A stretch of 64,000 bases of DNA from a virus. This document shows, one piece after another, positions 41,701 to 53,200 of this stretch. Under the pieces are notes generated by a model that ran no database searches, was not told the DNA's origin, and saw only the letters and a list, made by a program, of their open reading frames with translations. A program made the position numbers and the translations under genes. Where the stretch lies: the IMG/VR virus record IMGVR_UViG_3300045988_167582; one strand, 5' to 3'. The stretch's first letter is position 1, and the number at the start of each line of letters is the position of its first letter.

Positions 41701-43752
41701 TTACTTCCACTTTCCGATAGCGTGGATGTAAATAGAACGTGTTCCATTATTGCCGTTCGTATTAGTTTGATAATATAACCAACTGCATTTAGAGAGGTCT
41801 TTACTGTCTGGGAATGCGTTAACCCAATTCGCATAATACCATGGGCACGAACCTATCACAACAGGTTTACCGACAAAAGCAAATGGGAAAGAAGCTGAAC
41901 CGCTTGTGTAGTAGATATCTGTGCTGACGGGTTCCAAAGAAATTGTAAAACTTTGTTCTCCCCAGCATTCAGCAATCCCACTATTCCACTTTCTATAGAA
42001 CCATGTTCCACTTAAACCTTGTTCAATGATATAATCCATAACAACGGACTTATTTCCCTTTGCTATATGCACCGCCCCTCCGATGGTTAAATCTCCGTTG
42101 GCATCTAAATTACCATCAATTTCGACGGGTACATGAAAGTTGAAATCATTTTTACCCCAATCGAAAGCCGGAACACCACGTGGTACGATAACAGTTTTGG
42201 TAATAGTACTAAGTTGGTGCTCAGAATTCCCGTCTATCGCTTGAATCTGAAAATGATACTCTTTTTGGTAATTAAACTCATCATCTAAAGAAAAAGTCTG
42301 ACTCGAAGTATAGCTACGTGTTCCGAATACGATTTTGGTAGATTCAATATTTTTCCACGCTCCATATGACCCGTCCGATTCTTTGTATCTATAGCGAATA
42401 GTTAGGGTGTTTGTCATAGCCCCGAAAGAGCCCCTATAAAAATCACCGGAAAAAGACATTGTAATATCACTACCGGTCGGTTTTGGGCGAGACAGGATTG
42501 GGTTAATGGTTAACTGTATATAGGCAATTACCGTTGGGGTTATCGTAACAGAACTTGAATATCCTCTGGAGTCTGTAGTTTTGAAAGCGAATGATGTTTC
42601 GGAGCAATTCTGATAAACTTTTGTATTACCAGAAACCGAATCTCCGTTAATGAATTTTGAAACAATAGACGCAGAATTTTTTGCAGTTGCGGTAATAGTC
42701 GCAGTCGCCGTAGACTTATACCGAATCAGTTTTGAACTATCTCCTGTTAGAGCTACTGTTGCAGTATTTGTATCAATAACGGTTCCGCTTATATCTGGTG
42801 CGCCGGTTGCTGTAACTGTAATTGTGCAGGTGGTCGCATTACCGAGTACGGTTGTGCTTCCTGAGCTACTATATGTACGACAAGTAATAGTACATTTTTC
42901 GGTCGGGGAGTTCGGAATTTCTGCATAGAACGATGTAGGAATCTTAAAGGCAATACTTGTATTACTAAACTTGACCTCAGAGGACTGAACTCCTCCTGAA
43001 CTTGTAATATAACCACTTAAGCTTCCAAAATTATATTGAAGTGAATGATAATATGATGAATTATACTTCGTTACTACGACAGAGGATGAACTTCCTATAT
43101 TTGCGTCCGTTGCACCTACACTTGATGCTAAGACCTGTGCGGTTGCAGCAACTGAAACATTACTTGTAACTGTATATGTGTTTCCGGAATAAAAGGTTGA
43201 ACCGTTAACTGTATGAGTCGATATCGCATAATTCGTACTCGGAGTAAAGGTGATTTTTAGTTTATCGTTGTAATAAAGCCTTGCTCCGTTTGACAGATTC
43301 CCTATTCCGCCATACCCAGAAGAAGTTCTGTTTACGGTTATGTTACTACCGGTTCCAGCTGACACATAAAGGGTGTATGTCGCTATGTTTGAAAGAGTTA
43401 TATAATCATTTGCAAACTCCTGCGACCCATATGAATATATCCTTGTCCTAAAGCTTACATACACATTAGATTTTGTTCCGTCAGCATTATGAACAATTGT
43501 TAGTGTCCCGGATGTGCTTCCTTTTTTAGCTGGGAATTCGCGGCTATCCCAAGGAGTTCTGCCTTTGTAGTATACAGTAGTCCCGTTGATACTAACGGTC
43601 GTTTCGTCGATTGTGTAGTAGTTTACTGCACCACCGGCAGATGTAAGTGTCCATGTTAAGGTTGACGAGTTTGATGCATCATCCGTAGACTCTGTAATGG
43701 TTAATTGTAAATATCGCCCATCGTATTTTGAACTTGTATATGTCCAGCTCAT
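41701..43752 (-). CDS. S/T-rich tail fibre-like structural protein (DUF859-like N-terminus)
   Basis: RYLQLTITE...STLTWTLTSAGG..NYYT..TVSINGTTVY with beta-rich S/T/N composition. Confidence 0.5.
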   Translation of the reverse strand: MSWTYTSSKYDGRYLQLTITESTDDASNSSTLTWTLTSAGGAVNYYTIDETTVSINGTTVYYKGRTPWDSREFPAKKGSTSGTLTIVHNADGTKSNVYVSFRTRIYSYGSQEFANDYITLSNIATYTLYVSAGTGSNITVNRTSSGYGGIGNLSNGARLYYNDKLKITFTPSTNYAISTHTVNGSTFYSGNTYTVTSNVSVAATAQVLASSVGATDANIGSSSSVVVTKYNSSYYHSLQYNFGSLSGYITSSGGVQSSEVKFSNTSIAFKIPTSFYAEIPNSPTEKCTITCRTYSSSGSTTVLGNATTCTITVTATGAPDISGTVIDTNTATVALTGDSSKLIRYKSTATATITATAKNSASIVSKFINGDSVSGNTKVYQNCSETSFAFKTTDSRGYSSSVTITPTVIAYIQLTINPILSRPKPTGSDITMSFSGDFYRGSFGAMTNTLTIRYRYKESDGSYGAWKNIESTKIVFGTRSYTSSQTFSLDDEFNYQKEYHFQIQAIDGNSEHQLSTITKTVIVPRGVPAFDWGKNDFNFHVPVEIDGNLDANGDLTIGGAVHIAKGNKSVVMDYIIEQGLSGTWFYRKWNSGIAECWGEQSFTISLEPVSTDIYYTSGSASFPFAFVGKPVVIGSCPWYYANWVNAFPDSKDLSKCSWLYYQTNTNGNNGTRSIYIHAIGKWK

Positions 43753-43777
43753 AGCTGCTCCTTTCTTTCTATATTAT

Positions 43778-46294
43778 TTAGTTTCCTATATAGAAGCAGG
43801 CAGTCCGATTGGAGTCGGTTCCGTCTGAGTAATCCTCAAGGCGGCTATTTGCCCCAACAATCAGATACTGCCGTGCAGTTAAGTTAATTGCGCTAACACC
43901 TTCGTTGTTAGCTGTAAGAATTTCCGTTCCGGAACGAGTAACATACATTCCGGTGTTGTCCAAAAGATTTTTGATTTCTTCGCCGCTTTTATAAATGGTG
44001 AGACCATCAGCGTTGAAGGTATAGCCTGTGCGAGTCGTAACTTGGTCAACATCTACGCTGTATGTCCCATCAGGGTTCTGAACAGAGATTTGTTCCACGA
44101 TAATATTTATGCCATCAGCCTTTTGTTCAATGGACGAAATTTGTTTGATAATACTTGCGCTGCCATCTGGCTGAAGCTGGTTGTCATCGCCATAAATAAC
44201 TTTATCGACAAATGTTTTTATCTTTCCATCCACAACTGTAAACAGGTCATTACCATCCTTGTCAAGAATACGAACATTGTGTCCGATAAACATATCGCCA
44301 ATGATTGTTTCCGCGTTAATGCCGTATGCCGATGTTTCGTCACCAATAATTAACTCTCCGAGAGCAACTTTGCAGCTTTCCCAAGCATCATCCGTAAAGA
44401 CAAGAGTTCTGCCAGTTAATTTAACCTGTCGGGGGTCAAAAGCTCCGTTACTGAGCCGCTTTTTGCCAGTATAGCCAGAACCATCAATTAAGACTTCCTC
44501 ACTATCAGAGGCTAAAGCCCTGCTCATGGTCAGATTCCTTGAGGTTTGCAGTGACTCCTTCATTGAGTCAAACTCGCCATTTTTGATAGGGTAGAGAATC
44601 TCTTTAATATAGTTTAGCGTATTTGCAGACTTTGAAATATCGCCCAATACATCGTCGAAGAGTGAACGCGGGTCGAATTTATTAAATCTATTTCCGAATG
44701 TCATGCTCAACGCATGGTCATCATAGTTAATGGTAATATTAGAGAGAAACAGGAGGGCTATATCATCTGTCTCAAGTTCCACGTTGATAAGACAGCCTGT
44801 TTCAAGCTGCTCACTCCAATGCTGAAACTCTTTGATGAAAATGAAGTTCTCTGCATCAATGCTGAATTCCTGTGTAGGCTGAGACACTCGCTCTAATCTG
44901 GCTTTTGCTCTGTCGTACAGAATCTTCATCTGCGAAAACTTTTCTGAGTATGACATGATGTCTGTAATGGTTACATATTCATCTGTATAACTACCCTCAA
45001 AAATATAGTGGCTAAGTTCGGAATACTCATCTTCAGTAAAATATTTTGTAATTGATAAAGACCCTTGCATTTTCTTGATTTTTGTTTTCAGGTCATCAAT
45101 TTCTTCATTCACCTTGCCGAGTTCCGTCCCGACATTTTCCTGCTTGCTTTCACACTGTGCAATTAAATTATCGATATACTCTAAGGTGTCGGCTATTTCA
45201 GGATATACTTCAATTGGCGTGCCGCCGTTTTCAACAATTACAGTATTATAGCTACCGACGAGAGAAGTATCTGATTCCGCCACAACGTTATTTCTGCAGC
45301 GGGTATACATTGTGATTTGCATAGCATACTTCTGAAAATCCATCTGTAGCTCATTTGCTTTTTGCAGCTTATCGTAATACTGCAAATTAAGGTCATAATA
45401 CGGTGTCATTGCGTTTTCAACAGCCTGTTCCCACGCCTTGACTTTCTCTCGTAATGCTTCGCTCATCCAATCCAAATAGAAATCAAAGTTGTAAATAACA
45501 TTTGTTCCTGTCGGATTGATGGCTGCGATTGTTACATTTTCATCACCCATAACGCTGATTGCGGTATATAGGTCATCGGCGTTTTCAGTAATGTCCAGCG
45601 AATTGATTAAATCGTCTTTTGTCAGATGTATATCGGTTTGACGAACATAATTGGCTTGGTCATACACATTTATGATGCGGTTGATAATATCGAAAACGAA
45701 GATACATTCATAAGCATCCTGAACATTATCCATAAGAAAGCCTAAGCAGTTAAGAGATGTATCTACGCCTTCAAATGTTCTATAACGTTTTGCAACAGCG
45801 TCGTCAATATATCCGATTGTCCACAGAGGGAGTACCTCGACGATGGTTTCGATAATTCCCTTGTTCGTCCCAGTTTCGTCAGAGGTAAACCTATATGTCC
45901 CGTCCTCAATATATGGAATCATTTTTTGCTGGATTTCAACATCGATAGACTGAGCGCTAACATCCTTATAATGCACGCTTTCTGAGTACCCATCTTCGAT
46001 GTTTGTAATCATAAAATAACCGATGTCGTCCACAAAAATCAGTCTGCGGTTTTGCACGGCACGGTATAGAGCGTAGGTGTGCGCGTTATCTTCTGCGTCT
46101 TCCCTGCGAATCTTATTGACTCTAAAATTGAGTTCGCTGATAGAGTTGAAATTGAATACAATTTCTTCAGCCTCGTGGTCTGTTAAAATGCCAACCGTAT
46201 TGGTAAGCAGTCCATCCTTATAGACACTTCCCGGACTACATAATGTCAGTTTAGGGACTTCGAGGCGGTTGAGAGTACTGTATCGAACAAGCAT
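43778..46294 (-). CDS. tail-associated protein (Tal / prophage-tail endopeptidase family)
   Basis: 838 aa directly after Dit. The N-terminus is typical of siphovirus minor structural/Tal proteins. Confidence 0.65.
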   Translation of the reverse strand: MLVRYSTLNRLEVPKLTLCSPGSVYKDGLLTNTVGILTDHEAEEIVFNFNSISELNFRVNKIRREDAEDNAHTYALYRAVQNRRLIFVDDIGYFMITNIEDGYSESVHYKDVSAQSIDVEIQQKMIPYIEDGTYRFTSDETGTNKGIIETIVEVLPLWTIGYIDDAVAKRYRTFEGVDTSLNCLGFLMDNVQDAYECIFVFDIINRIINVYDQANYVRQTDIHLTKDDLINSLDITENADDLYTAISVMGDENVTIAAINPTGTNVIYNFDFYLDWMSEALREKVKAWEQAVENAMTPYYDLNLQYYDKLQKANELQMDFQKYAMQITMYTRCRNNVVAESDTSLVGSYNTVIVENGGTPIEVYPEIADTLEYIDNLIAQCESKQENVGTELGKVNEEIDDLKTKIKKMQGSLSITKYFTEDEYSELSHYIFEGSYTDEYVTITDIMSYSEKFSQMKILYDRAKARLERVSQPTQEFSIDAENFIFIKEFQHWSEQLETGCLINVELETDDIALLFLSNITINYDDHALSMTFGNRFNKFDPRSLFDDVLGDISKSANTLNYIKEILYPIKNGEFDSMKESLQTSRNLTMSRALASDSEEVLIDGSGYTGKKRLSNGAFDPRQVKLTGRTLVFTDDAWESCKVALGELIIGDETSAYGINAETIIGDMFIGHNVRILDKDGNDLFTVVDGKIKTFVDKVIYGDDNQLQPDGSASIIKQISSIEQKADGINIIVEQISVQNPDGTYSVDVDQVTTRTGYTFNADGLTIYKSGEEIKNLLDNTGMYVTRSGTEILTANNEGVSAINLTARQYLIVGANSRLEDYSDGTDSNRTACFYIGN

Positions 46295-47127
46295 TACAAC
46301 GACCTCCTGTTTTGAAATTCGATTTTCATAGAAGCGACATTACCCATTACTGTAAGTTTATTTTCACCATCAAGCAGCCTGATGAAGTTCTGCTTTGCGA
46401 ACTTTTCATAATACTGACCGCTGACATAGTTCAGCTCGCCTTTCATAACGATAGTTGCATACGGGGATAATCCCACAAACTTAGTAAGGCGTGTACTATC
46501 GTCAGAGTTGTTCGAGATGATGATATCTCCGCCAACGCCACCCATGTTAATGGTGACTTTCGGATATACGTAGTCATCAATATCTGAGTCAACGGTAACG
46601 CTAACTACAGAACTAATATCTTCGTAGGCGTTGCCGACGGAATAGGACTTCTCAATTGCATCCTGCCAAAACATATTACTGTCTGCTTCGAGCGTAGCTT
46701 TATACCCGACAATTCCGCCATTGTATTCAAGCTTCTCCGGATTTACAAATCGGCAATTTAAGTAGTTGCGTTTGCGGACGCCATCAATGTATTCAAAAGT
46801 TTCTCCGTACAAATCGTCAGCTATATCAAAATATAATTTGCAGTACTCTCGCTTGTTAAACAACCATTTTTCAATTGTTCGACGCTCCGACAGTTCCAGC
46901 AATCGCTCGTTATCTGTAACAAATTCGATATCAAATGAAAGTATTGCCCCGGAGTAATCATCATCCATAAGATATTTGCGTTTTGCTTTCTTGCTAAAAA
47001 GAGAAATGCTTTCCTTGGCGCCGCCGAGCTGAAGCATTCTTTCTGTTCCAATCGTAGCGATAATTAAGCCATACTGTCTTGACATCTTTCCAGCATACTC
47101 AAAATGAGAACCATAAATATCAGCCAT
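46294..47127 (-). CDS. distal tail protein (Dit)
   Basis: Position after the TMP, and HFEYAGKMSRQYGLII-type N-terminus. Confidence 0.6.
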   Translation of the reverse strand: MADIYGSHFEYAGKMSRQYGLIIATIGTERMLQLGGAKESISLFSKKAKRKYLMDDDYSGAILSFDIEFVTDNERLLELSERRTIEKWLFNKREYCKLYFDIADDLYGETFEYIDGVRKRNYLNCRFVNPEKLEYNGGIVGYKATLEADSNMFWQDAIEKSYSVGNAYEDISSVVSVTVDSDIDDYVYPKVTINMGGVGGDIIISNNSDDSTRLTKFVGLSPYATIVMKGELNYVSGQYYEKFAKQNFIRLLDGENKLTVMGNVASMKIEFQNRRSL

Positions 47128-47174
47128 CTCATCACGCTCCTTTCTGTGTTAATTTTCTGAAATAAATATTGTTG

Positions 47175-47242
47175 CACCCTTTACCGCAAAGGGTGGGTAG
47201 AAGTGCGTAAATAGAACCGGGCTCCCCTATAATCGGGGAGCC
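47175..47242 (-). terminator. two hairpins between TMP and Dit
   Basis: GGCTCCCC/GGGGAGCC (47220-47242) and CACCCTTT/AAAGGGTG (47175-47195). Only weak T tracts follow on the minus strand. Confidence 0.35.
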
Positions 47243-47249
47243 ACGATTA

Positions 47250-50200
47250 TTACTTATTAAGCTTGTTGAATTCCTTTAACATGGTTTCAACAGCTGAACG
47301 CTGTTCTCTGCGAATCGCAGATACCGTTTGCTGGTCGGCGTTACCACGAACGATAATATCGCCCATATTGATTTCGTTTTGACGAATAACAGGTTGAATA
47401 GTGTCGAGCAAGCTTCCGCCGAGAGCGCTGCGGATAATCTTCTTTAGGATTTCTCCGCCGCCATTTGCAAACTCATAGAGGAAGTCGCTTGCCTTGGCAT
47501 TAAGCACCTTTTCTCCTCCGGTGAAGAGTTTATACCTCACACCATCCTTGGACTCAAAGGTCGTTTCTGTACCAAGTTCGTCGATTGAATGAAGTCCCGC
47601 CGTTGCCTTCTTGGTTCCAGTAGCGTATCCAACGATATCAGATTTGTTAATCCATCCGGTATATACGCCGTTTCTTCCGATAAGAACTTCGTTCCCTTTT
47701 GTTTGATAAACGGTGTATGTTCCGCCCGGTACGAAAGATGCCATACGAACGCCACGGCTCTTTGAACTGAAGTGCGTCGCGGTCTTTTTAACCGTAATCG
47801 AAGAACCTTTAGATAGCGACGGTGCATTGCTCTGTGAGGTTGATGGCTTAGAGGACGAAGAATTGGAGGGCGGTTTCTGACTTTGATTTGAGGGATTTGT
47901 ACCAGACACCGCTGAGGTATCCCATCCGGTATTGGGCTTATATCCCGTCGCATTTGTCAGCTTGACACCCTTATAATCCTTACCGTAAAGTTCCTTATAT
48001 TCAAGAAGTGCCTTATAAGCTTCCTCGTAAGTATCTTTAACATCGTCGTCATTGCCGGTGCCGTACTTACGGTTGTATTCAAGCATTTGCTGATACAGAT
48101 TTCCCGTGTTTTCCTGAATTGCAAGGAGGGCTTTGTTGAACATCATCTCGGGATTGTTCAACTCTGCATCAAGTGCATCAATCTGCTTTTGAAGCTGCTC
48201 TTCCTGTGCGTTATAGGAATCCTCTAATGCGTCAAGAGCAAGGTCGAGAGCGTGCTGCTTTTCAAAATCATCCAGCTCACCCTGTGCGTCAGCAAGGTCT
48301 TTCTGTAATTCTGCTTTACGCTTTTGTGCCCACGCGGAATCGTCAGATTCCAATTGCGCCAGCTGTGCCTGAATATCAGAAACACTCTTTCGTTTTTCTG
48401 ACTGTTCTTTGAGATACTCCTCTTCATCATATTGGTCTTGGAGCATCTCTTTTTGCTTATCATAAAACTCCTTAAGATAATCAAGCTTTTTATCGATAGC
48501 GTCTTTTTGATTTTCGATATCCTGCTTAATCATGTCCTCCTGATAATCGACAAGTTCTTCTAAGGCATCTTTGGCGTTATCCTTGATATCGTCCTCGATG
48601 TCTTTGATTGCATCCTTGTATGATGCCCACTTATCCTGCAGGGACTGGATATAGTCGTCCGTGTCGTCTAACCCTTGGGCGCGGGCGGCTTTGATTTCCT
48701 TTTCAACAGCGCTGATAAGCGTCTTATACATAGAGATGATTTTCTTGCTCTCGCCGTCGTAATTCTTACGCATAGAGATTTCGTGCTCAACATCGTTCAG
48801 ATAGTCCTTAAACAAGTCCCGAAGACCCTTATAGACTTCTTCTTGATATTTATAGAAATCATCAAGAGTAATAATGTTCTCTTTGTATGCCTGTTGATAA
48901 GCGCTATTCAGCCAATTCAGATAGTCCTCGACATTTTCGGCATCCATATCAAGCAAATGATTATGCATCTTATATTGCTTTTCAAACCAGTTTTCCTCGT
49001 CTTTTTTGCTTGAACTTTTGGAACCAGAACCAGAGCCAGACTTAGAGCCAGACTTAGAGCCAGACTTAGAGCCAGACTTAGAGCCAGAACTTGCCTTTTT
49101 GTTGTTTGTGGAAAACTTATTGAGGCTTGTATTCCGAAGTGCTTTTAATGCCGCTATCTGACCGTCAATTTGAGAAATTGCCTGAGTATAGTTGGAGATA
49201 TCCAGTTCAAGGTCTGAGATGAAGTCTTCAAGAGCAATCGTCTTTGATTCGTAAGAATATGATGTTCCCTTGAAATTTCCGCTTGAAACGGTTATATTAC
49301 CCTTACTACCAGAAGAGCCGCCAGCGCCTTCGCCATTTACGTTACTCGAGCCCTGTACCTTACCGCTTCCGATACCCGCAATTGCCAATGCTGCCTGATG
49401 TGCCTGTTTAGCAACTGAAGCAATTGACAATTTTGAGTTCTGCATATTTTTATAGATTGACTGCGCAGCATCATAAGCAGCCTGATTAAAGTTGCCCTGA
49501 ACATCTGTGCATACTTCTGCAGCAACGCGATTAAACTCTTCGGAGTTTTGCGCCATCGCGGCACACGCTAATTGATACGCCGTTGCTTCATCAATGCCAG
49601 CTGCAATCATCGCCTGAACTACAGCGTTACCGGCGTTAACCCTGTATTCTGCAACTTCTTTAGAAATTTGTCCTTCACCAGTACCCACGCTCTTTGCAAG
49701 TTCAAGCTGCGCTTTGGAAAATTCCATTTTTGCAGTGAGGACAGATTTATCCGCTTCGAGCTCTGCAATTTTGGCATCAATTTGAGCTTTAAGTTCGGAT
49801 TCCTTGCCGGAGATAAAGGCGTTAACAACGCCCTCGTTTAGAGTGATTTGACCATCTGCGGCAACTGTAGCGTTGTTCAAAATCTCCGGATATACCTTTG
49901 CAAACTCTAAAGCCTTTTCAAGTGAAATCGTAAAGCCATTTGCAACGGTTTCCTGAAGGTCGGCAACGGTCGTAAGTGCATTAGATACGGATGTAATCGC
50001 ATTTGCGATGTTAGAGAAGTTATTAAGCGCTGCTGAATATGCATCAAGGGAGGTAGCGATTTCGCCGTACAGCGTTTTGTAAATACCAAGCTTTGCTTGA
50101 TTGGCTTCAATTGCAGCCGCGTTCTCATTCATCGCAGAAGTGTTTGCCTCTACAGCAGCAGTGTACTCTGACTGCCTGTAGGCTCCGGGCTCTATTGCAC

Positions 50201-53200
50201 CGACATAATCATCTGCATAAACTTTTGCATTCTGCAGAGCTTCATTTTGCTCTTCAAGGGCTGCCTTTTCGTTTTCAAGTTCAGTAATACTCGCCTCTAT
50301 AGCGCGAATATTTTCCTCCATTTTAGCATTGGCGTATTCTTTCCATGCTTCTGTATTGAGTTTGACGACACCATTTTCTTCGTAAAGGTAGTCCAAATAG
50401 TCTGATGTTGAGTCTGCTAATGCTTTGATTGTATCAGCCGACAGCCCACCTGAAGCCATTTCTTCTTCTGCGGTGGTTAAAATGCTATATGCGTCTTTTA
50501 GGCTTGTCAGTGATTTTGATAAATCAGACAATGAGTCGTTTGATTTATTTGCCTCTTCTCGACTTTCTTGAAGCTTTTTAATCCAATCATCAAGCGTCCA
50601 AGATGTAGTGTCGTTATTTAAGGAGATTTCATATACTAACGAGAAATCGTCGCTATTAAGGGAATTGAGCCAATCCTTGTTCTTATCCTCGACCTTTTTC
50701 AATAATTCGTCATATTGACCCTCGATGTCGTTCTCGTCAAAGCCGAGAGCTAAATATATTTTCTTTTGTGTGTCTTCGTCGAACTGGTCAATGACGCTCT
50801 TAGCGTTTTTAATTCCGTTAATATACTCTTCGATAGTACAGTCGCCGCCATCATACTTTGCCTTCAAATCAAAAGTTGCTGTCAAAGTATTTGCGTCAGC
50901 TGTACTTAGTTTCCCAAATGACCCAAGAAGGTTATTGAGGTAATTGTATAAGTCGTTTAATGAATCAAATTGAGAATAGAAATCTGCATCAAAACCAGAT
51001 ACAATATTACTTACAAGATTTTGAACAGCGGGCGAAATATTAGAATACGACTCCAAAAATGCGTTGCTGATATAAGCGCTAACGATGGATTGCATATTCT
51101 GCGCCGCAGCAGCCATTTCCGTATCAAAATTGCCAACGATACCAGATACGACTTCTTTATTTTCGCGTATAGCCCGAGCAATAAACTCACGACCTGTTTC
51201 ACCGCCAAGTCCAAGAAATCCATCTGTTTGTTGTTCCAACCCGGCATCTTTTAATGCTTGAACAATTTGCACCGCATTCGATGTGCCAGCTCGTGCATAT
51301 TCATCAATTGCCGCTTCAATATCTGTGGCGGATAAAATCTTTTTCAGTGCATCATTTGCTTTTGTTGTGTACTCATTGCCCTTGAAATTGGACTCATCAA
51401 AATCCTTTTTCTTATCTTTGAAATCATCGAGTAATTCAAGAGCTTCCCCAAGAACTTTGTTGTTCTGAGCTTTTACAAGGTTATTATAAGCCTGTGTAAG
51501 TTCTTCAACATTGCCCTTACACGATAAAATAGCTACACCTTCCTCATTATAGCCTTTTATCATAGTTGGGAACATATCGGCAATCTGACCGACTATATCT
51601 TTATACTCTTCATACTGCTCGGCAGAGAGTGAAATACGGTTTCCAAAAGCATCGACACCCTGCGATAATTCCGCATACCTATCGGATATCTTATCCAGTG
51701 TTCCTTTTGAAGATGTCATCTCGGACTGCTGTTCTCTATATGCCTCTGCCGTATCAATTGCGGCTTGACGTGCTTCGTCAGTTTTTTGGTTATATAAAGA
51801 TAACCCGCCGACAAGCGCAGTAAGAGCAGCGAGAACAAGACCGATTACAGGAATCGACGCTTGCATTGCGGCGCTGGCTGACACAGTTCCAGCGGCATAA
51901 GCTTTCCAAGCCGTAACAGCGGTGGGCAAGATGTTAATAACATTCGTTATTCCGCTCTTTAAGCTTCCGAAAAATGAAATTATCTTTTTGACTGCCGCGA
52001 CAGCAAGCAATTGAACTTTACAAGCAATAAGTCCGCCTTTTGTAATTAAAAGAGCAGAAGTAACAGCAAGCAGTATTGTCTTTAATCCGCCGAGCGCTGT
52101 GATAACTTTCGATACTCCATTTAAGAAGTCGAGAATTCCGGTTCCTGCATCAATGAATACTTTTACTAAATCGCTACTAATCACATTATTAGACAGCGTT
52201 TCAAAGCTTGCCTTCATAATGTTGATTTTGCCCTGAATAGACTCTAAAACTTTCTCGTTTTCTTTTAGAGCAGAGCCCGCAGAATTAGCAGATGTTTTCA
52301 ACGCTTCTTCTGCAACTGAAAAGTTATCCAACAGTGCGGCAACAACGTTTGAGTTTCGCTTACCACCGACCATCTCGAGGATATTTGCCTGCGTTAAGTC
52401 GGTTAACTCTCCCCAGACCTCAGAAAGTTCTTTGAGTATCTGATAGGTTGATTTGAATGTATCTTCGTCGATTTGAATATCAACTTTATTATTTGTGAGG
52501 GCTAAAATGTCCTCGCGAAGCTTGGACACGCTGGTCGCCATTCCGTCGGTTGCTTCTCCGGCTTCTTCTGCTTCTGTTTTAGCGGCGCGGAGATACATGG
52601 ACACGGTTTTGAGCGTTGTACCGACTTTTTCAGGGTCTTGAACAATTGTATTTGCAGCCGTGGCGAGTGCAATTGTTTCATCGAGCGAGTTGTTGGCTGC
52701 GTGCATAGCAGCAGCGGAACGGAGGAGTGCCTCTCCAACACCTTCGGATGATATCGCGTAATTGTTACCAACCTCGTTGAATTTATCAACGATAGTCATT
52801 GTGTCATCAGCAGCAATATCGAAAGCTTGCATAGTTGCAATAATGCTTTCCGATGCTTCGCTGATATCCTTAATGCCATCACCAACATTTTTATAAACAA
52901 TCGCAGTATCGGCAAGTTTTTCAGCTTCTTCAATGCTGAACCCAAGTCTTGCAAAATCGGCTGTGGCAGTTACAGTATCTGACAATGCAGCACCAAGTTG
53001 TTTCGCTCTCGAGGCGGCATTGACAAGAAATTTTTCGTAGGTGGCATCCGTCTCATTTGTAACCTTTTTAAGTTCAGTCATTGCCGTGTCAAGTTCGATT
53101 ACAGCAGAAACCATTTGCTTAACGCTGCGGAATGCCGCCATAATTACTCTTGTAATACTAAACCATGTTCCGAACTTACTTGACAAGCTTCCAATTCTCT

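Noticed and set aside
49021-49092. Tandem repeat considered as a possible CRISPR or other array
   Set aside because: The period is 12 nt with no spacers, and it lies in frame within the TMP, encoding (GSKS)n. No CRISPR-like repeat-spacer architecture occurs anywhere in the window.
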